The notes under the pieces are model-generated. The model did no database searches and was not told the DNA's origin. It worked only from the letters and a program-made list of their open reading frames with translations. From assembly GCF_041248615.1 (NCBI RefSeq), contig NZ_CP158426.1: a stretch of DNA of 64,000 bases; one strand, 5' to 3'. Position numbers and translations under genes: made by a program. Below are positions 53,035 to 64,000 of the stretch, piece after piece (position 1 is the first letter of the stretch; every line of letters starts with the position of its first letter). The DNA is from Escherichia coli (GTDB taxonomy: Bacteria > Pseudomonadota > Gammaproteobacteria > Enterobacterales > Enterobacteriaceae).

Positions 53035-54396
53035 ATGATGCAAACCGTTTTAGCGAAAATCGTCGCAGACAAGGCGATTTGGGTAGAAACCCGCAAACAG
53101 CAGCAACCGCTGGCCAGTTTTCAGAATGAGGTTCAGCCGAGCACGCGACATTTTTATGATGCACTTCAGGGCGCACGCACGGCGTTTATTCTGGAGTGTA
53201 AAAAAGCGTCGCCGTCAAAAGGCGTGATCCGTGATGATTTCGATCCGGCACGCATTGCCGCCATTTATAAACATTACGCTTCGGCAATTTCGGTGCTGAC
53301 TGATGAGAAATATTTTCAGGGGAGCTTTGATTTCCTCCCCATCGTCAGCCAAATCGCCCCGCAGCCGATTTTATGTAAAGACTTCATTATCGATCCTTAC
53401 CAGATCTATCTGGCGCGCTATTACCAGGCCGATGCCTGCTTATTAATGCTTTCAGTACTGGATGACGAACAATATCGCCAGCTTGCTGCCGTCGCCCACA
53501 GTCTGGAGATGGGTGTGCTGACCGAAGTCAGTAATGAAGAGGAACTGGAGCGTGCCATTGCATTGGGGGCAAAGGTCGTTGGCATCAACAACCGCGATCT
53601 GCGTGATTTGTCGATTGATCTCAACCGTACCCGCGAGCTTGCGCCGAAACTGGGGCACAACGTGACGGTAATCAGCGAATCCGGCATCAATACTTACGCT
53701 CAGGTGCGCGAGTTAAGCCACTTCGCTAACGGTTTTCTGATTGGTTCGGCGTTGATGGCCCATGACGATTTGAACGCCGCCGTGCGCCGGGTGTTGCTTG
53801 GTGAGAATAAAGTGTGTGGCCTGACGCGTGGGCAAGATGCTAAAGCAGCTTATGACGCGGGCGCGATTTACGGTGGGTTGATTTTTGTTACAACGTCACC
53901 GCGTTGCGTCAGCGTTGAACAGGCGCAGGAAGTGATGGCTGCGGCACCGTTGCAATACGTTGGCGTATTCCGCAATCACGATATTGCCGATGTGGTGGAC
54001 AAAGCTAACGCGTTATCGCTGGCAGCAGTGCAACTGCATGGTAATGAAGATCAGCAATATATCGACGCACTGCGTGACGTGCTGCCCGCAAACGTTGCCA
54101 TCTGGAAAGCATTGAGCGTCGGTGAAACTCTTCCCGCACGCGATTTTCAGCACGTCGATAAATATGTTTTCGACAACGGCCAGGGTGGTAGCGGGCAACG
54201 TTTCGACTGGTCACTGTTAAACGGTCAATCGCTTGGCAACGTTCTGCTGGCGGGTGGCTTAGGCGCAGATAACTGCGTGGAAGCGGCACAAACCGGCTGC
54301 GCCGGACTTGATTTTAATTCTGCTGTAGAGTCACAACCGGGTATAAAAGACGCACATCTTTTGGCCTCGGTTTTCCAGACGCTGCGCGCATATTAA
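53035..54396 (+). CDS. trpC: bifunctional indole-3-glycerol-phosphate synthase / phosphoribosylanthranilate isomerase
   Basis: 453-aa ORF matching the TrpC-F fusion. Confidence 0.95.
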
Positions 54397-54407
54397 GGAA
54401 AGGAACA

Positions 54408-55601
54408 ATGACAACATTACTTAACCCCTATTTTGGTGAGTTTGGCGGCATGTACGTGCCACAAATCCTGATGCCTGCTCTGCGCCAGCTGGAAGAAGCT
54501 TTTGTCAGCGCGCAAAAAGATCCTGAATTTCAGGCCCAGTTCAACGACCTGTTGAAAAACTATGCCGGGCGTCCAACCGCACTGACCAAATGCCAGAACA
54601 TTACGGCTGGGACGAACACTACGCTGTATCTTAAGCGCGAAGATTTACTGCACGGCGGCGCGCATAAAACTAACCAGGTGCTCGGTCAGGCTTTACTGGC
54701 GAAGCGGATGGGTAAAACCGAAATCATCGCCGAAACCGGTGCCGGTCAGCATGGCGTGGCGTCGGCCCTTGCCAGTGCCCTGCTCGGCCTGAAATGCCGT
54801 ATTTATATGGGTGCCAAAGACGTTGAACGCCAGTCGCCAAACGTTTTTCGTATGCGCTTAATGGGTGCGGAAGTGATCCCGGTACATAGCGGTTCCGCGA
54901 CGCTGAAAGATGCCTGTAACGAGGCGCTACGCGACTGGTCCGGCAGTTATGAAACCGCGCACTATATGCTGGGCACCGCAGCTGGCCCGCATCCTTACCC
55001 GACCATTGTGCGTGAGTTTCAGCGAATGATTGGCGAAGAAACGAAAGCGCAGATTCTGGAAAGAGAAGGTCGCCTGCCGGATGCGGTTATCGCTTGTGTT
55101 GGCGGCGGTTCAAATGCCATCGGCATGTTTGCTGATTTCATCAACGAAACCGACGTCGGCCTGATTGGTGTCGAACCAGGCGGTCACGGTATCGAAACTG
55201 GCGAGCACGGCGCACCGTTAAAACACGGTCGCGTGGGCATCTATTTCGGTATGAAAGCGCCGATGATGCAAACCGAAGACGGGCAGATTGAAGAATCTTA
55301 CTCCATCTCCGCCGGACTGGATTTCCCGTCTGTCGGCCCACAACACGCGTATCTTAACAGCACTGGACGCGCTGATTACGTGTCAATTACCGATGATGAA
55401 GCACTGGAAGCCTTCAAAACGCTGTGCCTGCACGAAGGGATCATCCCGGCGCTGGAATCCTCCCACGCCCTGGCCCATGCGCTGAAAATGATGCGCGAAA
55501 ACCCGGAAAAAGAGCAGCTACTGGTGGTTAACCTTTCCGGTCGCGGCGATAAAGACATCTTCACCGTTCACGATATTTTGAAAGCACGAGGGGAAATCTG
55601 A
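54408..55601 (+). CDS. trpB: tryptophan synthase beta subunit
   Basis: 397-aa ORF matching TrpB. Confidence 0.95.
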
Positions 55602-56407
55602 TGCAACGCTACGAATCTCTGTTTGCCCAGTTGAAGGAGCGCAAAGAAGGCGCATTCGTTCCTTTCGTCACCCTCGGTGATCCGGGCATTGAGCAGTCGC
55701 TGAAAATTATCGACACGCTAATTGAAGCCGGTGCTGACGCGCTGGAGTTAGGTATCCCCTTCTCCGACCCACTGGCGGATGGCCCGACGATTCAAAACGC
55801 CACACTGCGTGCCTTTGCGGCAGGTGTGACCCCGGCACAGTGCTTTGAGATGCTGGCACTGATTCGCCAGAAGCACCCGACCATTCCCATCGGCCTTTTG
55901 ATGTATGCCAACCTGGTGTTTAACAAAGGCATTGATGAGTTTTATGCCCAGTGCGAGAAAGTCGGCGTCGATTCGGTGCTGGTTGCCGATGTGCCAGTGG
56001 AAGAGTCCGCTCCCTTCCGCCAGGCCGCGTTGCGTCATAATGTCGCACCTATCTTTATTTGCCCGCCGAATGCCGACGATGATTTGCTGCGCCAGATAGC
56101 CTCCTACGGTCGTGGATACACCTATTTATTGTCACGTGCGGGCGTGACCGGCGCAGAAAACCGCGCCGCGTTACCCCTCAATCATCTGGTCACGAAGCTG
56201 AAAGAGTACAATGCTGCGCCTCCATTGCAGGGCTTTGGTATTTCCGCCCCGGATCAGGTAAAAGCAGCGATTGATGCAGGAGCTGCGGGCGCGATTTCTG
56301 GTTCGGCCATTGTTAAAATCATCGAGCAACATATTAATGAGCCAGAGAAAATGCTGGCGGCACTGAAAGCTTTTGTACAACCGATGAAAGCGGCGACGCG
56401 CAGTTAA
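55601..56407 (+). CDS. trpA: tryptophan synthase alpha subunit
   Basis: 268-aa ORF matching TrpA; start overlaps the trpB stop. Confidence 0.95.
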   Translation: MQRYESLFAQLKERKEGAFVPFVTLGDPGIEQSLKIIDTLIEAGADALELGIPFSDPLADGPTIQNATLRAFAAGVTPAQCFEMLALIRQKHPTIPIGLLMYANLVFNKGIDEFYAQCEKVGVDSVLVADVPVEESAPFRQAALRHNVAPIFICPPNADDDLLRQIASYGRGYTYLLSRAGVTGAENRAALPLNHLVTKLKEYNAAPPLQGFGISAPDQVKAAIDAGAAGAISGSAIVKIIEQHINEPEKMLAALKAFVQPMKAATRS

Positions 56408-56413
56408 TCCCAC

Positions 56414-56440
56414 AGCCGCCAGTACCGCTGGCGGCATTTT
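56414..56440 (+). terminator. trp operon terminator (trp t)
   Basis: agccgccag-taccg-ctggcggc followed by atttt. Confidence 0.8.
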
Positions 56441-56787
56441 AACTTTCTTTAACGAAGCCGGAAAAATCCTAAATTCATTTTATATTTATCTTTTTACCGT
56501 TTCGCTTACCCCTGTCGAACGTCAACTTACGTTATTTTTCCGCCCAACAGTAATATAATCAAACAAATTAATCCCGCAACATAACACCAGTAAAATAAAT
56601 AATTTTCTCTAAGTCACTTATTCCTCAGGCAATTGTTAATATATCCAGAACGTTCCTCATAATATATTTTCCCACTTTCTTCTCGTTACGCTTAATTTGA
56701 CTAATTCTCATTAGCGACTAATTTTAATGAGTGTCGACACACAACACTCATATTAATCAAACAATGCAACGCAACGGGAGAAATAAC

Positions 56788-56967
56788 ATGGCCGAACATC
56801 GTGGTGGTTCAGGAAATTTCGCCGAAGACCGTGAGAAGGCATCCGACGCAGGCCGTAAAGGCGGTCAGCATAGCGGCGGTAATTTTAAAAATGATCCGCA
56901 ACGCGCATCTGAAGCGGGTAAAAAAGGCGGTCAACAAAGCGGTGGTAATAAATCAGGCAAATCCTGA
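56788..56967 (+). CDS. yciG: KGG-repeat general stress protein YciG
   Basis: 59-aa ORF from MAEHRGGSGNF; two KGG-type repeats; track ORF has an upstream extension. Confidence 0.8.
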   Translation: MAEHRGGSGNFAEDREKASDAGRKGGQHSGGNFKNDPQRASEAGKKGGQQSGGNKSGKS

Positions 56968-57052
56968 TTCACCGTTAATTATTAATATCAGCTGATAAAG
57001 ATAATTTCATCTGCGGGCCGTATGGCTCGCAGTGATTCCACTGGAGAAAAAT

Positions 57053-57553
57053 ATGAATATGAAGACCATTGAAGATGTATTTATTCACCTGCTTTCAGAT
57101 ACCTACAGCGCAGAAAAACAATTAACCCGTGCACTGGCAAAACTCGCTAGAGCAACATCAAACGAAAAATTAAGTCAGGCTTTTCATGCGCACCTCGAGG
57201 AAACTCATGGACAGATTGAACGAATTGATCAAGTTGTGGAATCTGAATCGAACCTGAAAATTAAGCGCATGAAATGTGTGGCAATGGAAGGTCTCATTGA
57301 AGAAGCTAATGAGGTTATCGAAAGCACCGAGAAAAACGAAGTGCGTGATGCCGCACTGATTGCCGCAGCGCAGAAAGTCGAGCACTATGAGATCGCCAGT
57401 TACGGGACATTAGCGACGCTGGCTGAACAATTAGGTTACCGTAAAGCAGCGAAGCTTCTGAAAGAAACTCTTGAAGAAGAAAAGGCCACCGACATCAAAC
57501 TGACTGATCTGGCACTTAATAACGTAAATAAGAAAGCCGAAAATAAAGCCTGA
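57053..57553 (+). CDS. yciF: ferritin-like stress protein YciF (DUF892)
   Basis: ORF matches YciF from MNMKTIEDVFIHLL (166 aa). Confidence 0.85.
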   Translation: MNMKTIEDVFIHLLSDTYSAEKQLTRALAKLARATSNEKLSQAFHAHLEETHGQIERIDQVVESESNLKIKRMKCVAMEGLIEEANEVIESTEKNEVRDAALIAAAQKVEHYEIASYGTLATLAEQLGYRKAAKLLKETLEEEKATDIKLTDLALNNVNKKAENKA

Positions 57554-57598
57554 AATATGAATTTTCACTTTTAGTCATTTTATAAAGAGGACATTTTC

Positions 57599-58105
57599 AT
57601 GAATCGTATTGAACATTATCATGACTGGTTACGTGACGCCCACGCAATGGAAAAGCAAGCCGAATCTATGCTTGAATCCATGGCCAGTCGTATAGATAAT
57701 TATCCTGAACTACGCGCTCGTATTGAACAACATCTTAGTGAAACCAAAAACCAGATTGTTCAACTGGAAACTATTCTTGATCGTAATGACATTTCACGTT
57801 CAGTCATTAAAGATTCCATGAGTAAAATGGCTGCGCTTGGGCAGTCAATCGGTGGTATATTCCCTTCTGATGAAATAGTCAAAGGCTCTATTAGCGGATA
57901 TGTCTTCGAGCAATTTGAAATCGCCTGTTACACCTCACTCTTAGCAGCAGCAAAAAATGCCGGTGATACAGCTTCAATTCCAACCATCGAAGCGATTTTA
58001 AATGAGGAAAAAGAAATGGCCGACTGGCTGATTCAGCATATTCCGCAAACAACTGAGAAATTTTTAATTCGCTCTGAAACTGATGGCGTAGAAGCGAAGA
58101 AATAA
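57599..58105 (+). CDS. yciE: ferritin-like stress protein YciE (DUF892)
   Basis: 168-aa ORF matching YciE; paralogous to the upstream yciF. Confidence 0.85.
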   Translation: MNRIEHYHDWLRDAHAMEKQAESMLESMASRIDNYPELRARIEQHLSETKNQIVQLETILDRNDISRSVIKDSMSKMAALGQSIGGIFPSDEIVKGSISGYVFEQFEIACYTSLLAAAKNAGDTASIPTIEAILNEEKEMADWLIQHIPQTTEKFLIRSETDGVEAKK

Positions 58106-58129
58106 TACCCTTTATACCATGTCCTTATT

Positions 58130-58156
58130 GACCCCGTATATTACGGGGTCGTTTTT
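58130..58156. terminator. terminator between the convergent yciE and ompW
   Basis: gaccccgta-tat-tacggggtc followed by gttttt. Confidence 0.6.
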
Positions 58157-58164
58157 GTGCGGAA

Positions 58165-58803
58165 TTAAAAACGATATCCTGCTGAGAACATAAACACCCA
58201 CGGATCGAGGCGTACGCTATCGTGTTGCTGTGCACCGCCCAGCTTATAATTGGCGGTGGTATCAATATCCATGTACCACACTGACATGTTAACCAACCAG
58301 TCACGGTTAATCAGATAATCAACCCCCACCTGCCCGGCAGCTCCCCAGGAATCTTTCAGACTGAGATCGGAAAGCCCCGCCTCTTTGCCATGATCGTTAA
58401 ATCCATTATCAAAGAAGGTGGTGTAGTTAATACCTGCCCCAACGTAAGGACGGAATTTGCTGCTGGCATCACCAAAATACCACTGCGCCATCAGTGTTGG
58501 CGGCAGATGATGAACGGTTGCAATATCGCCGGTCGCCCGGGTGCCGATTTTATGGCGGAACGGCGTCGCTGCCAGCAATTCCACACCAATGTTATCGGTC
58601 GCCATATAAGTAAACGTCAGGCCCAGTTGCGTGTTATTGGTCACGCTGAATCCACCCAGACTTCCTAACGTACCACCAGCACCTTCTGTTGGACGTACGG
58701 TTGCAGAACCTGCACGCATAAAAAATTCGCCTGCTTCATGCGCAAAGGCACTGCCAGAGAGAAGAGTTGTTACTGCCAAAGCCGCCACTGTTAACTTTTT
58801 CAT
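58165..58803 (-). CDS. ompW: outer membrane protein W
   Basis: 212-aa ORF with signal peptide and C-terminal aromatic residue; matches OmpW. Confidence 0.95.
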   Translation of the reverse strand: MKKLTVAALAVTTLLSGSAFAHEAGEFFMRAGSATVRPTEGAGGTLGSLGGFSVTNNTQLGLTFTYMATDNIGVELLAATPFRHKIGTRATGDIATVHHLPPTLMAQWYFGDASSKFRPYVGAGINYTTFFDNGFNDHGKEAGLSDLSLKDSWGAAGQVGVDYLINRDWLVNMSVWYMDIDTTANYKLGGAQQHDSVRLDPWVFMFSAGYRF

Positions 58804-59159
58804 ATCCGCTCCGTCGTTATGGTTATAAAAACGTGACGAATATACCTACATTGGAGTAACAAATGATCCTACATAGATCACATTACATATGATAATTCAC
58901 CCTTTATTGATCTGGATTAATTTAGAAGTTGCATTGAGAATCCTGGTTAACGTGATTTAAATCAATTTTTAAATATTTTCGCTACGCAAATATTAACTCG
59001 TTCGCCACTTGCCGCGGTTTGCCCACGCCTGAAGGCCAGCAATTACCTCCGCTTTACAAAGATATGCTTTTCCATACAAGACCTGATGCTGCCACCCGAG
59101 GCTTAACCAGGGTACAATTGCCCGCTAATTAACACCTGCATAAAACTCAAGGAGAGTGC

Positions 59160-59903
59160 ATGTCTATCACGGCGCAGTCCGTATACCGTGACACCGGAAA
59201 TTTCTTCCGTAATCAATTTATGACCATTCTGTTGGTATCGTTGCTATGTGCGTTTATCACAGTGGTGTTAGGGCATGTTTTCTCACCCAGTGATGCACAG
59301 CTTGCGCAGCTCAATGATGGCGTGCCCGTTAGCGGCAGTAGTGGGTTGTTCGACCTGGTTCAGAATATGTCACCGGAACAGCAACAAATTTTGCTGCAGG
59401 CTTCAGCGGCGTCCACTTTTTCAGGATTAATCGGTAACGCCATTCTCGCCGGAGGCGTAATATTAATTATCCAGCTGGTGTCTGCGGGTCAGAGAGTCAG
59501 TGCGCTGCGAGGTATTGGTGCCAGTGCGCCGATATTGCCAAAGTTATTTATTCTGATTTTTCTGACTACCCTTTTAGTACAGATTGGCATCATGCTGGTG
59601 GTCGTTCCGGGAATTATCATGGCTATTTTACTGGCCCTGGCACCGGTGATGTTGGTACAGGACAAAATGGGCGTTTTTGCCTCGATGCGTAGCAGTATGC
59701 GGCTGACTTGGGCGAATATGCGTCTGGTGGCACCCGCAGTACTGAGCTGGTTGCTGGCAAAAACACTGTTGCTGCTTTTTGCCTCTTCTTTTGCCGCATT
59801 AACCCCGGAAATTGGTGCCGTACTGGCGAACACCTTGAGCAACCTGATTTCAGCCGTACTGCTCATCTATCTGTTCCGCCTGTATATGTTGATTCGCCAA
59901 TAA
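59160..59903 (+). CDS. yciC: inner membrane protein YciC (UPF0259)
   Basis: 247-aa polytopic membrane ORF matching YciC. Confidence 0.85.
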   Translation: MSITAQSVYRDTGNFFRNQFMTILLVSLLCAFITVVLGHVFSPSDAQLAQLNDGVPVSGSSGLFDLVQNMSPEQQQILLQASAASTFSGLIGNAILAGGVILIIQLVSAGQRVSALRGIGASAPILPKLFILIFLTTLLVQIGIMLVVVPGIIMAILLALAPVMLVQDKMGVFASMRSSMRLTWANMRLVAPAVLSWLLAKTLLLLFASSFAALTPEIGAVLANTLSNLISAVLLIYLFRLYMLIRQ

Positions 59904-59932
59904 CCTTAAGCATTTGATTACGGAATCGTAAA

Positions 59933-60472
59933 ATGAAGCAGTTTCTTGATTTTTTACCGCTGGTTGTCTTTTTCGCGTTTTACAAGATTTATGACATCTA
60001 TGCGGCTACTGCGGCGCTGATCGTCGCCACGGCGATTGTGCTTATATATAGCTGGGTTCGCTTTCGTAAGGTTGAGAAGATGGCCCTGATCACTTTTGTT
60101 CTGGTGGTCGTCTTCGGTGGCTTAACCCTGTTCTTCCACAATGATGAGTTTATTAAATGGAAGGTTACTGTCATTTATGCCCTGTTTGCAGGTGCCCTGT
60201 TAGTCAGCCAATGGGTGATGAAAAAGCCGCTAATTCAGCGGATGCTGGGTAAAGAACTCACGCTGCCGCAACCGGTATGGTCGAAGCTGAATCTGGCCTG
60301 GGCTGTTTTCTTTATCCTTTGCGGTCTGGCAAACATCTACATCGCATTCTGGCTGCCGCAAAATATTTGGGTCAACTTTAAAGTGTTTGGCCTGACCGCT
60401 CTTACCTTAATCTTCACATTGTTAAGCGGTATCTATATCTACCGCCACATGCCGCAGGAAGATAAATCCTAA
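59933..60472 (+). CDS. yciB: inner membrane protein YciB (intracellular septation protein family)
   Basis: 179-aa ORF matching YciB. Confidence 0.85.
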   Translation: MKQFLDFLPLVVFFAFYKIYDIYAATAALIVATAIVLIYSWVRFRKVEKMALITFVLVVVFGGLTLFFHNDEFIKWKVTVIYALFAGALLVSQWVMKKPLIQRMLGKELTLPQPVWSKLNLAWAVFFILCGLANIYIAFWLPQNIWVNFKVFGLTALTLIFTLLSGIYIYRHMPQEDKS

Positions 60473-60576
60473 CCAGACTGCCAGTCCTTCGGGGCTGGCG
60501 CTGTATCTCCTCTGTTCTCCTCAGGAAAATCATAGTAGCATCGCGCCTGTGATTTTCCTTTTAAGTCGGTTTTACC

Positions 60577-60975
60577 ATGTCTACAACACATAACGTCCCT
60601 CAGGGCGATCTTGTTTTACGTACTTTAGCCATGCCCGCCGATACCAATGCCAATGGTGACATCTTTGGTGGTTGGTTAATGTCACAAATGGATATTGGCG
60701 GCGCTATTCTGGCGAAAGAAATTGCCCACGGTCGCGTAGTGACCGTGCGGGTTGAAGGAATGACTTTCTTACGACCGGTTGCGGTCGGCGATGTAGTGTG
60801 CTGCTATGCACGCGGTGTCCAGAAAGGGACGACATCGGTCAGCATTAATATTGAAGTGTGGGTGAAAAAGGTCGCGTCTGAACCCATCGGGCAACGTTAT
60901 AAAGCGACAGAAGCATTATTTAAGTATGTCGCGGTTGATCCTGAAGGAAAACCTCGCGCCTTACCTGTTGAGTAA
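60577..60975 (+). CDS. yciA: acyl-CoA thioesterase YciA (hotdog fold)
   Basis: 132-aa ORF matching YciA. Confidence 0.9.
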   Translation: MSTTHNVPQGDLVLRTLAMPADTNANGDIFGGWLMSQMDIGGAILAKEIAHGRVVTVRVEGMTFLRPVAVGDVVCCYARGVQKGTTSVSINIEVWVKKVASEPIGQRYKATEALFKYVAVDPEGKPRALPVE

Positions 60976-60980
60976 TAATC

Positions 60981-61004
60981 AAAAGCCTCCGGTCGGAGGC
61001 TTTT
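60981..61004. terminator. bidirectional terminator between yciA and tonB
   Basis: aaaagcctccg-gt-cggaggctttt, a perfect hairpin flanked by A and T runs on both strands. Confidence 0.8.
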
Positions 61005-61014
61005 GACTTTCTGC

Positions 61015-61734
61015 TTACTGAATTTCGGTGGTGCCGTTAATTTTAAACAGGATATTCACCACAATCCCACTGCCTGGCTTACCCGGCTCATAACGCCATC
61101 TGCGCATCGCATTTTTCACCTCACGCTCAAACATGTTCGCAGGCTTGGCTGAGAGGATTTGCACGTTATCCACGCGACCATCCGGCGTGACATCAAATTT
61201 AACTTTAACCTGCCCTTCAATGCGCAATGCCTGTGCTCGTGCCGGATACTGCGGCTGATTGCGGCTTAATGCGCGTGGTCCTGAAGCCACACTGGTAACC
61301 GGCTTGCTGGTTGTAGCCGTCGCCGTACTTGATGTCGGGCGCGCGGGCGCCGTATTTTCAAACGGTGATGCCGGACGCGACTCTACGGGTTTGACATCGC
61401 GTTTTGGCTGCTCCTGTACCTTTTTCACCGGCTTCGGTTTTGGCTTAGGTTTCGGCTTCGGCTTTTCAATGACCACCGGTGCTTCTTTTGGCGGTTCGGG
61501 GATCGGCTCAGGTTCCGGTTCTGGCTCTACCACCGGCTCCGGTGGCGGCTGAACGGCTTGTGGCGGTTCGAGATCCGCAGGCGCAACCATCGTGACAGAA
61601 ATTGGCTGCGCAGGCGCAGGTAGTTCAATAACCTGATGTACCGAGGTATAGAGCAGACCCGCCACAACAGCACCATGAATGCAGACCGAAAGTAACGTCG
61701 GCCAGGGGAAGCGGCGAGGTAAATCAAGGGTCAT
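61015..61734 (-). CDS. tonB: energy transducer TonB
   Basis: ORF matches TonB from [29 protein letters not shown] (239 aa); Pro-rich (EP)n/(KP)n spacer; track ORF has a 17-aa extension. Confidence 0.95.
   Translation of the reverse strand: MTLDLPRRFPWPTLLSVCIHGAVVAGLLYTSVHQVIELPAPAQPISVTMVAPADLEPPQAVQPPPEPVVEPEPEPEPIPEPPKEAPVVIEKPKPKPKPKPKPVKKVQEQPKRDVKPVESRPASPFENTAPARPTSSTATATTSKPVTSVASGPRALSRNQPQYPARAQALRIEGQVKVKFDVTPDGRVDNVQILSAKPANMFEREVKNAMRRWRYEPGKPGSGIVVNILFKINGTTEIQ
61404..61539 (-). repeat. TonB proline-rich spacer coding repeats, (Glu-Pro)n followed by (Lys-Pro)n; coordinates approximate
   Basis: translated [13 protein letters not shown] ... [12 protein letters not shown]; the DNA is a tandem 6-bp repeat. 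Confidence 0.7.
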
Positions 61735-61957
61735 TGAAGTCATAATCATTTCAGTAGAAAAACCAGGCCTCGATTTTAAATGCAAATAGCAATCATATTC
61801 AATAAGGCAAGACGATCAGGATCAGTGAAAATGTCATTTTTGGCGTAATTGACCTTACTTTTTAAATGGTCTTAACAAAGACATCATCTTTCCGTTGCAG
61901 ATCTTCGCCCTTTCAAATAACGTACTTTACAACTTTCCCGAACAAGGAGTTGTGCCC

Positions 61958-62254
61958 GTGTTGTATGTTATTTACGCTCAAGACAAAGCTGATAGCCTCG
62001 AAAAACGCCTTTCCGTTCGTCCGGCACATTTAGCACGTTTACAGTTACTGCATGATGAAGGTCGATTGTTGACCGCCGGTCCAATGCCAGCAGTAGACAG
62101 TAACGATCCAGGGGCTGCGGGATTTACTGGCTCAACCGTTATTGCTGAATTTGAATCGCTGGAAGCAGCTCAGGCCTGGGCCGATGCTGACCCGTACGTA
62201 GCGGCAGGAGTCTATGAATACGTTTCAGTGAAACCATTTAAGAAAGTGTTCTGA
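61958..62254 (+). CDS. yciI: YciI-like protein (Dabb-type fold)
   Basis: ORF matches YciI when started at the GTG preceding [16 protein letters not shown] (98 aa); AAGGAG RBS upstream. Confidence 0.75.
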   Translation: MLYVIYAQDKADSLEKRLSVRPAHLARLQLLHDEGRLLTAGPMPAVDSNDPGAAGFTGSTVIAEFESLEAAQAWADADPYVAAGVYEYVSVKPFKKVF

Positions 62255-62276
62255 ATAGAGATTCAATATTTAAGGG

Positions 62277-62303
62277 CACGGTTTTTGCAACCGTGTTCTT
62301 GTT
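62277..62303 (+). terminator. yciI terminator
   Basis: cacggtt-tttgc-aaccgtg followed by ttcttgttt. Confidence 0.55.
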
Positions 62304-62554
62304 TGGCCTTTCCTTATAGGTCGGTCAGTGCATTCACCCCTACAAGCAGATAATAACTTTATCTGTATTTCTTTATATGATGTGAGCATATTCAGGAAAA
62401 ATGCCCTTTCCTGACGCAGAGTTGCTCACTCAAAACCTTTGATTACTGCGGATAAAGTCATCTACTATTGTTTAACACATTCACGCGCTGCATGTATGTT
62501 CAGAAAATGTGCACGCTCAGATAATTAAACAAAATTGTGGTTACAGAGGTATCA

Positions 62555-63808
62555 GTGAGTCACTGGGCTACATTCAAACAAACAGCAACTAATTTATGGG
62601 TGACCCTACGGCACGACATTCTCGCGCTGGCCGTCTTTTTAAATGGATTGCTTATTTTTAAAACAATCTATGGTATGTCGGTCAATTTGCTAGATATTTT
62701 CCATATCAAAGCATTTTCAGAGTTGGATCTCTCCTTGCTGGCAAACGCCCCACTCTTTATGCTCGGCGTCTTTCTTGTCCTGAACTCCATTGGCTTACTG
62801 TTCCGGGCAAAGCTCGCATGGGCAATCAGTATCATTTTGTTGTTGATAGCGCTAATTTACACCCTGCATTTTTATCCCTGGCTGAAATTTAGTATTGGAT
62901 TTTGCATTTTTACGCTGGTGTTTTTGCTGATACTGCGCAAAGACTTCTCCCACAGTAGCGCCGCAGCCGGGACAATTTTCGCATTTATTAGTTTCACGAC
63001 GTTACTGTTTTACTCCACCTACGGTGCGCTTTATTTAAGCGAAGGTTTTAATCCGCGAATAGAAAGTTTGATGACCGCGTTCTATTTTTCGATAGAAACC
63101 ATGTCAACCGTCGGCTATGGCGATATTGTCCCTGTTTCTGAATCAGCACGATTGTTCACTATTTCGGTCATTATTTCCGGCATTACCGTTTTTGCCACCT
63201 CTATGACCTCAATTTTTGGTCCGCTTATCCGCGGGGGATTCAACAAACTTGTAAAAGGAAACAATCATACAATGCATCGTAAAGATCATTTTATTGTTTG
63301 CGGACATTCGATTCTCGCCATCAATACGATCCTGCAACTGAATCAACGCGGACAAAACGTAACGGTTATCAGCAACTTGCCTGAAGATGATATCAAGCAA
63401 CTTGAGCAACGCTTAGGCGATAACGCTGATGTTATCCCCGGTGACAGTAATGACAGTTCAGTCTTAAAGAAAGCGGGAATCGATCGTTGCCGGGCCATTC
63501 TGGCGCTGAGTGATAACGATGCAGATAACGCGTTTGTTGTACTCTCGGCAAAAGATATGAGCAGTGATGTCAAAACAGTTCTCGCCGTCAGTGATAGCAA
63601 AAACCTGAATAAGATTAAGATGGTACATCCGGATATCATTCTCTCGCCGCAACTGTTTGGCAGCGAAATTCTGGCGCGAGTTTTAAATGGTGAAGAGATT
63701 AATAATGATATGCTCGTTTCAATGTTGTTGAACTCCGGTCATGGCATTTTCAGCGATAACGATGAACAAGAAACGAAAGCTGACAGTAAAGAATCGGCGC
63801 AAAAATAG
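62555..63808 (+). CDS. kch: voltage-gated potassium channel Kch (TM domain with TVGYGD selectivity filter plus RCK domain)
   Basis: ORF matches Kch when started at the GTG giving MSHWATFKQTATN (417 aa). Confidence 0.9.
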   Translation: MSHWATFKQTATNLWVTLRHDILALAVFLNGLLIFKTIYGMSVNLLDIFHIKAFSELDLSLLANAPLFMLGVFLVLNSIGLLFRAKLAWAISIILLLIALIYTLHFYPWLKFSIGFCIFTLVFLLILRKDFSHSSAAAGTIFAFISFTTLLFYSTYGALYLSEGFNPRIESLMTAFYFSIETMSTVGYGDIVPVSESARLFTISVIISGITVFATSMTSIFGPLIRGGFNKLVKGNNHTMHRKDHFIVCGHSILAINTILQLNQRGQNVTVISNLPEDDIKQLEQRLGDNADVIPGDSNDSSVLKKAGIDRCRAILALSDNDADNAFVVLSAKDMSSDVKTVLAVSDSKNLNKIKMVHPDIILSPQLFGSEILARVLNGEEINNDMLVSMLLNSGHGIFSDNDEQETKADSKESAQK

Positions 63809-64000
63809 AGTTTAAAGACGGAAGAGTAAACTTATTGGGCACCGCAATGGTGCCCAGTACATTTAGATATTGTAGATCGCAAACAATAACGAGTTACGCT
63901 GTTTGTTTAGAATGCACTTCCTGATGCTGTGGATACGCATATTTCGGCGCGATTGCCCCTCAAGCCAACGCGATTTACGTCGGCTAGCCTGACGCTGCAT

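Overview
The window reads as an Escherichia coli-type chromosomal segment covering the puu–sap–fabI–rnb–pyrF–acnA–cysB–topA–trp–tonB–kch neighbourhood, in reverse orientation to the usual K-12 numbering. Gene identities rest on recognising the translated ORFs as well-known E. coli proteins; no database search was run. Starts were trimmed from the ORF track to the most plausible initiation codon with a Shine-Dalgarno sequence. Against this conserved backbone, four segments look accessory. (1) The strongest candidate for an undescribed system is a visibly AT-rich two-gene cassette at about 43.6–45.1 kb, wedged between the convergent btuR and rluB genes: an outer-membrane-type lipoprotein (333 aa) translationally coupled to a small acidic cytoplasmic protein (102 aa), neither of which I can assign to a known family. 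(2) A five-gene efflux locus (TetR regulator, membrane fusion protein, RND pump, outer-membrane factor, MFS transporter) lies between sapF and fabI at about 10.8–18.4 kb, with candidate operator palindromes. (3) A complete 768-bp IS1 with a perfect 9-bp target-site duplication sits between cysB and ymiA-yciX. (4) An IS200-type element with its RBS-sequestering stem-loop sits between yciN and sohB. No tRNA, rRNA, CRISPR array or prophage was recognised. The trp operon with leader peptide, operator and attenuator is intact.
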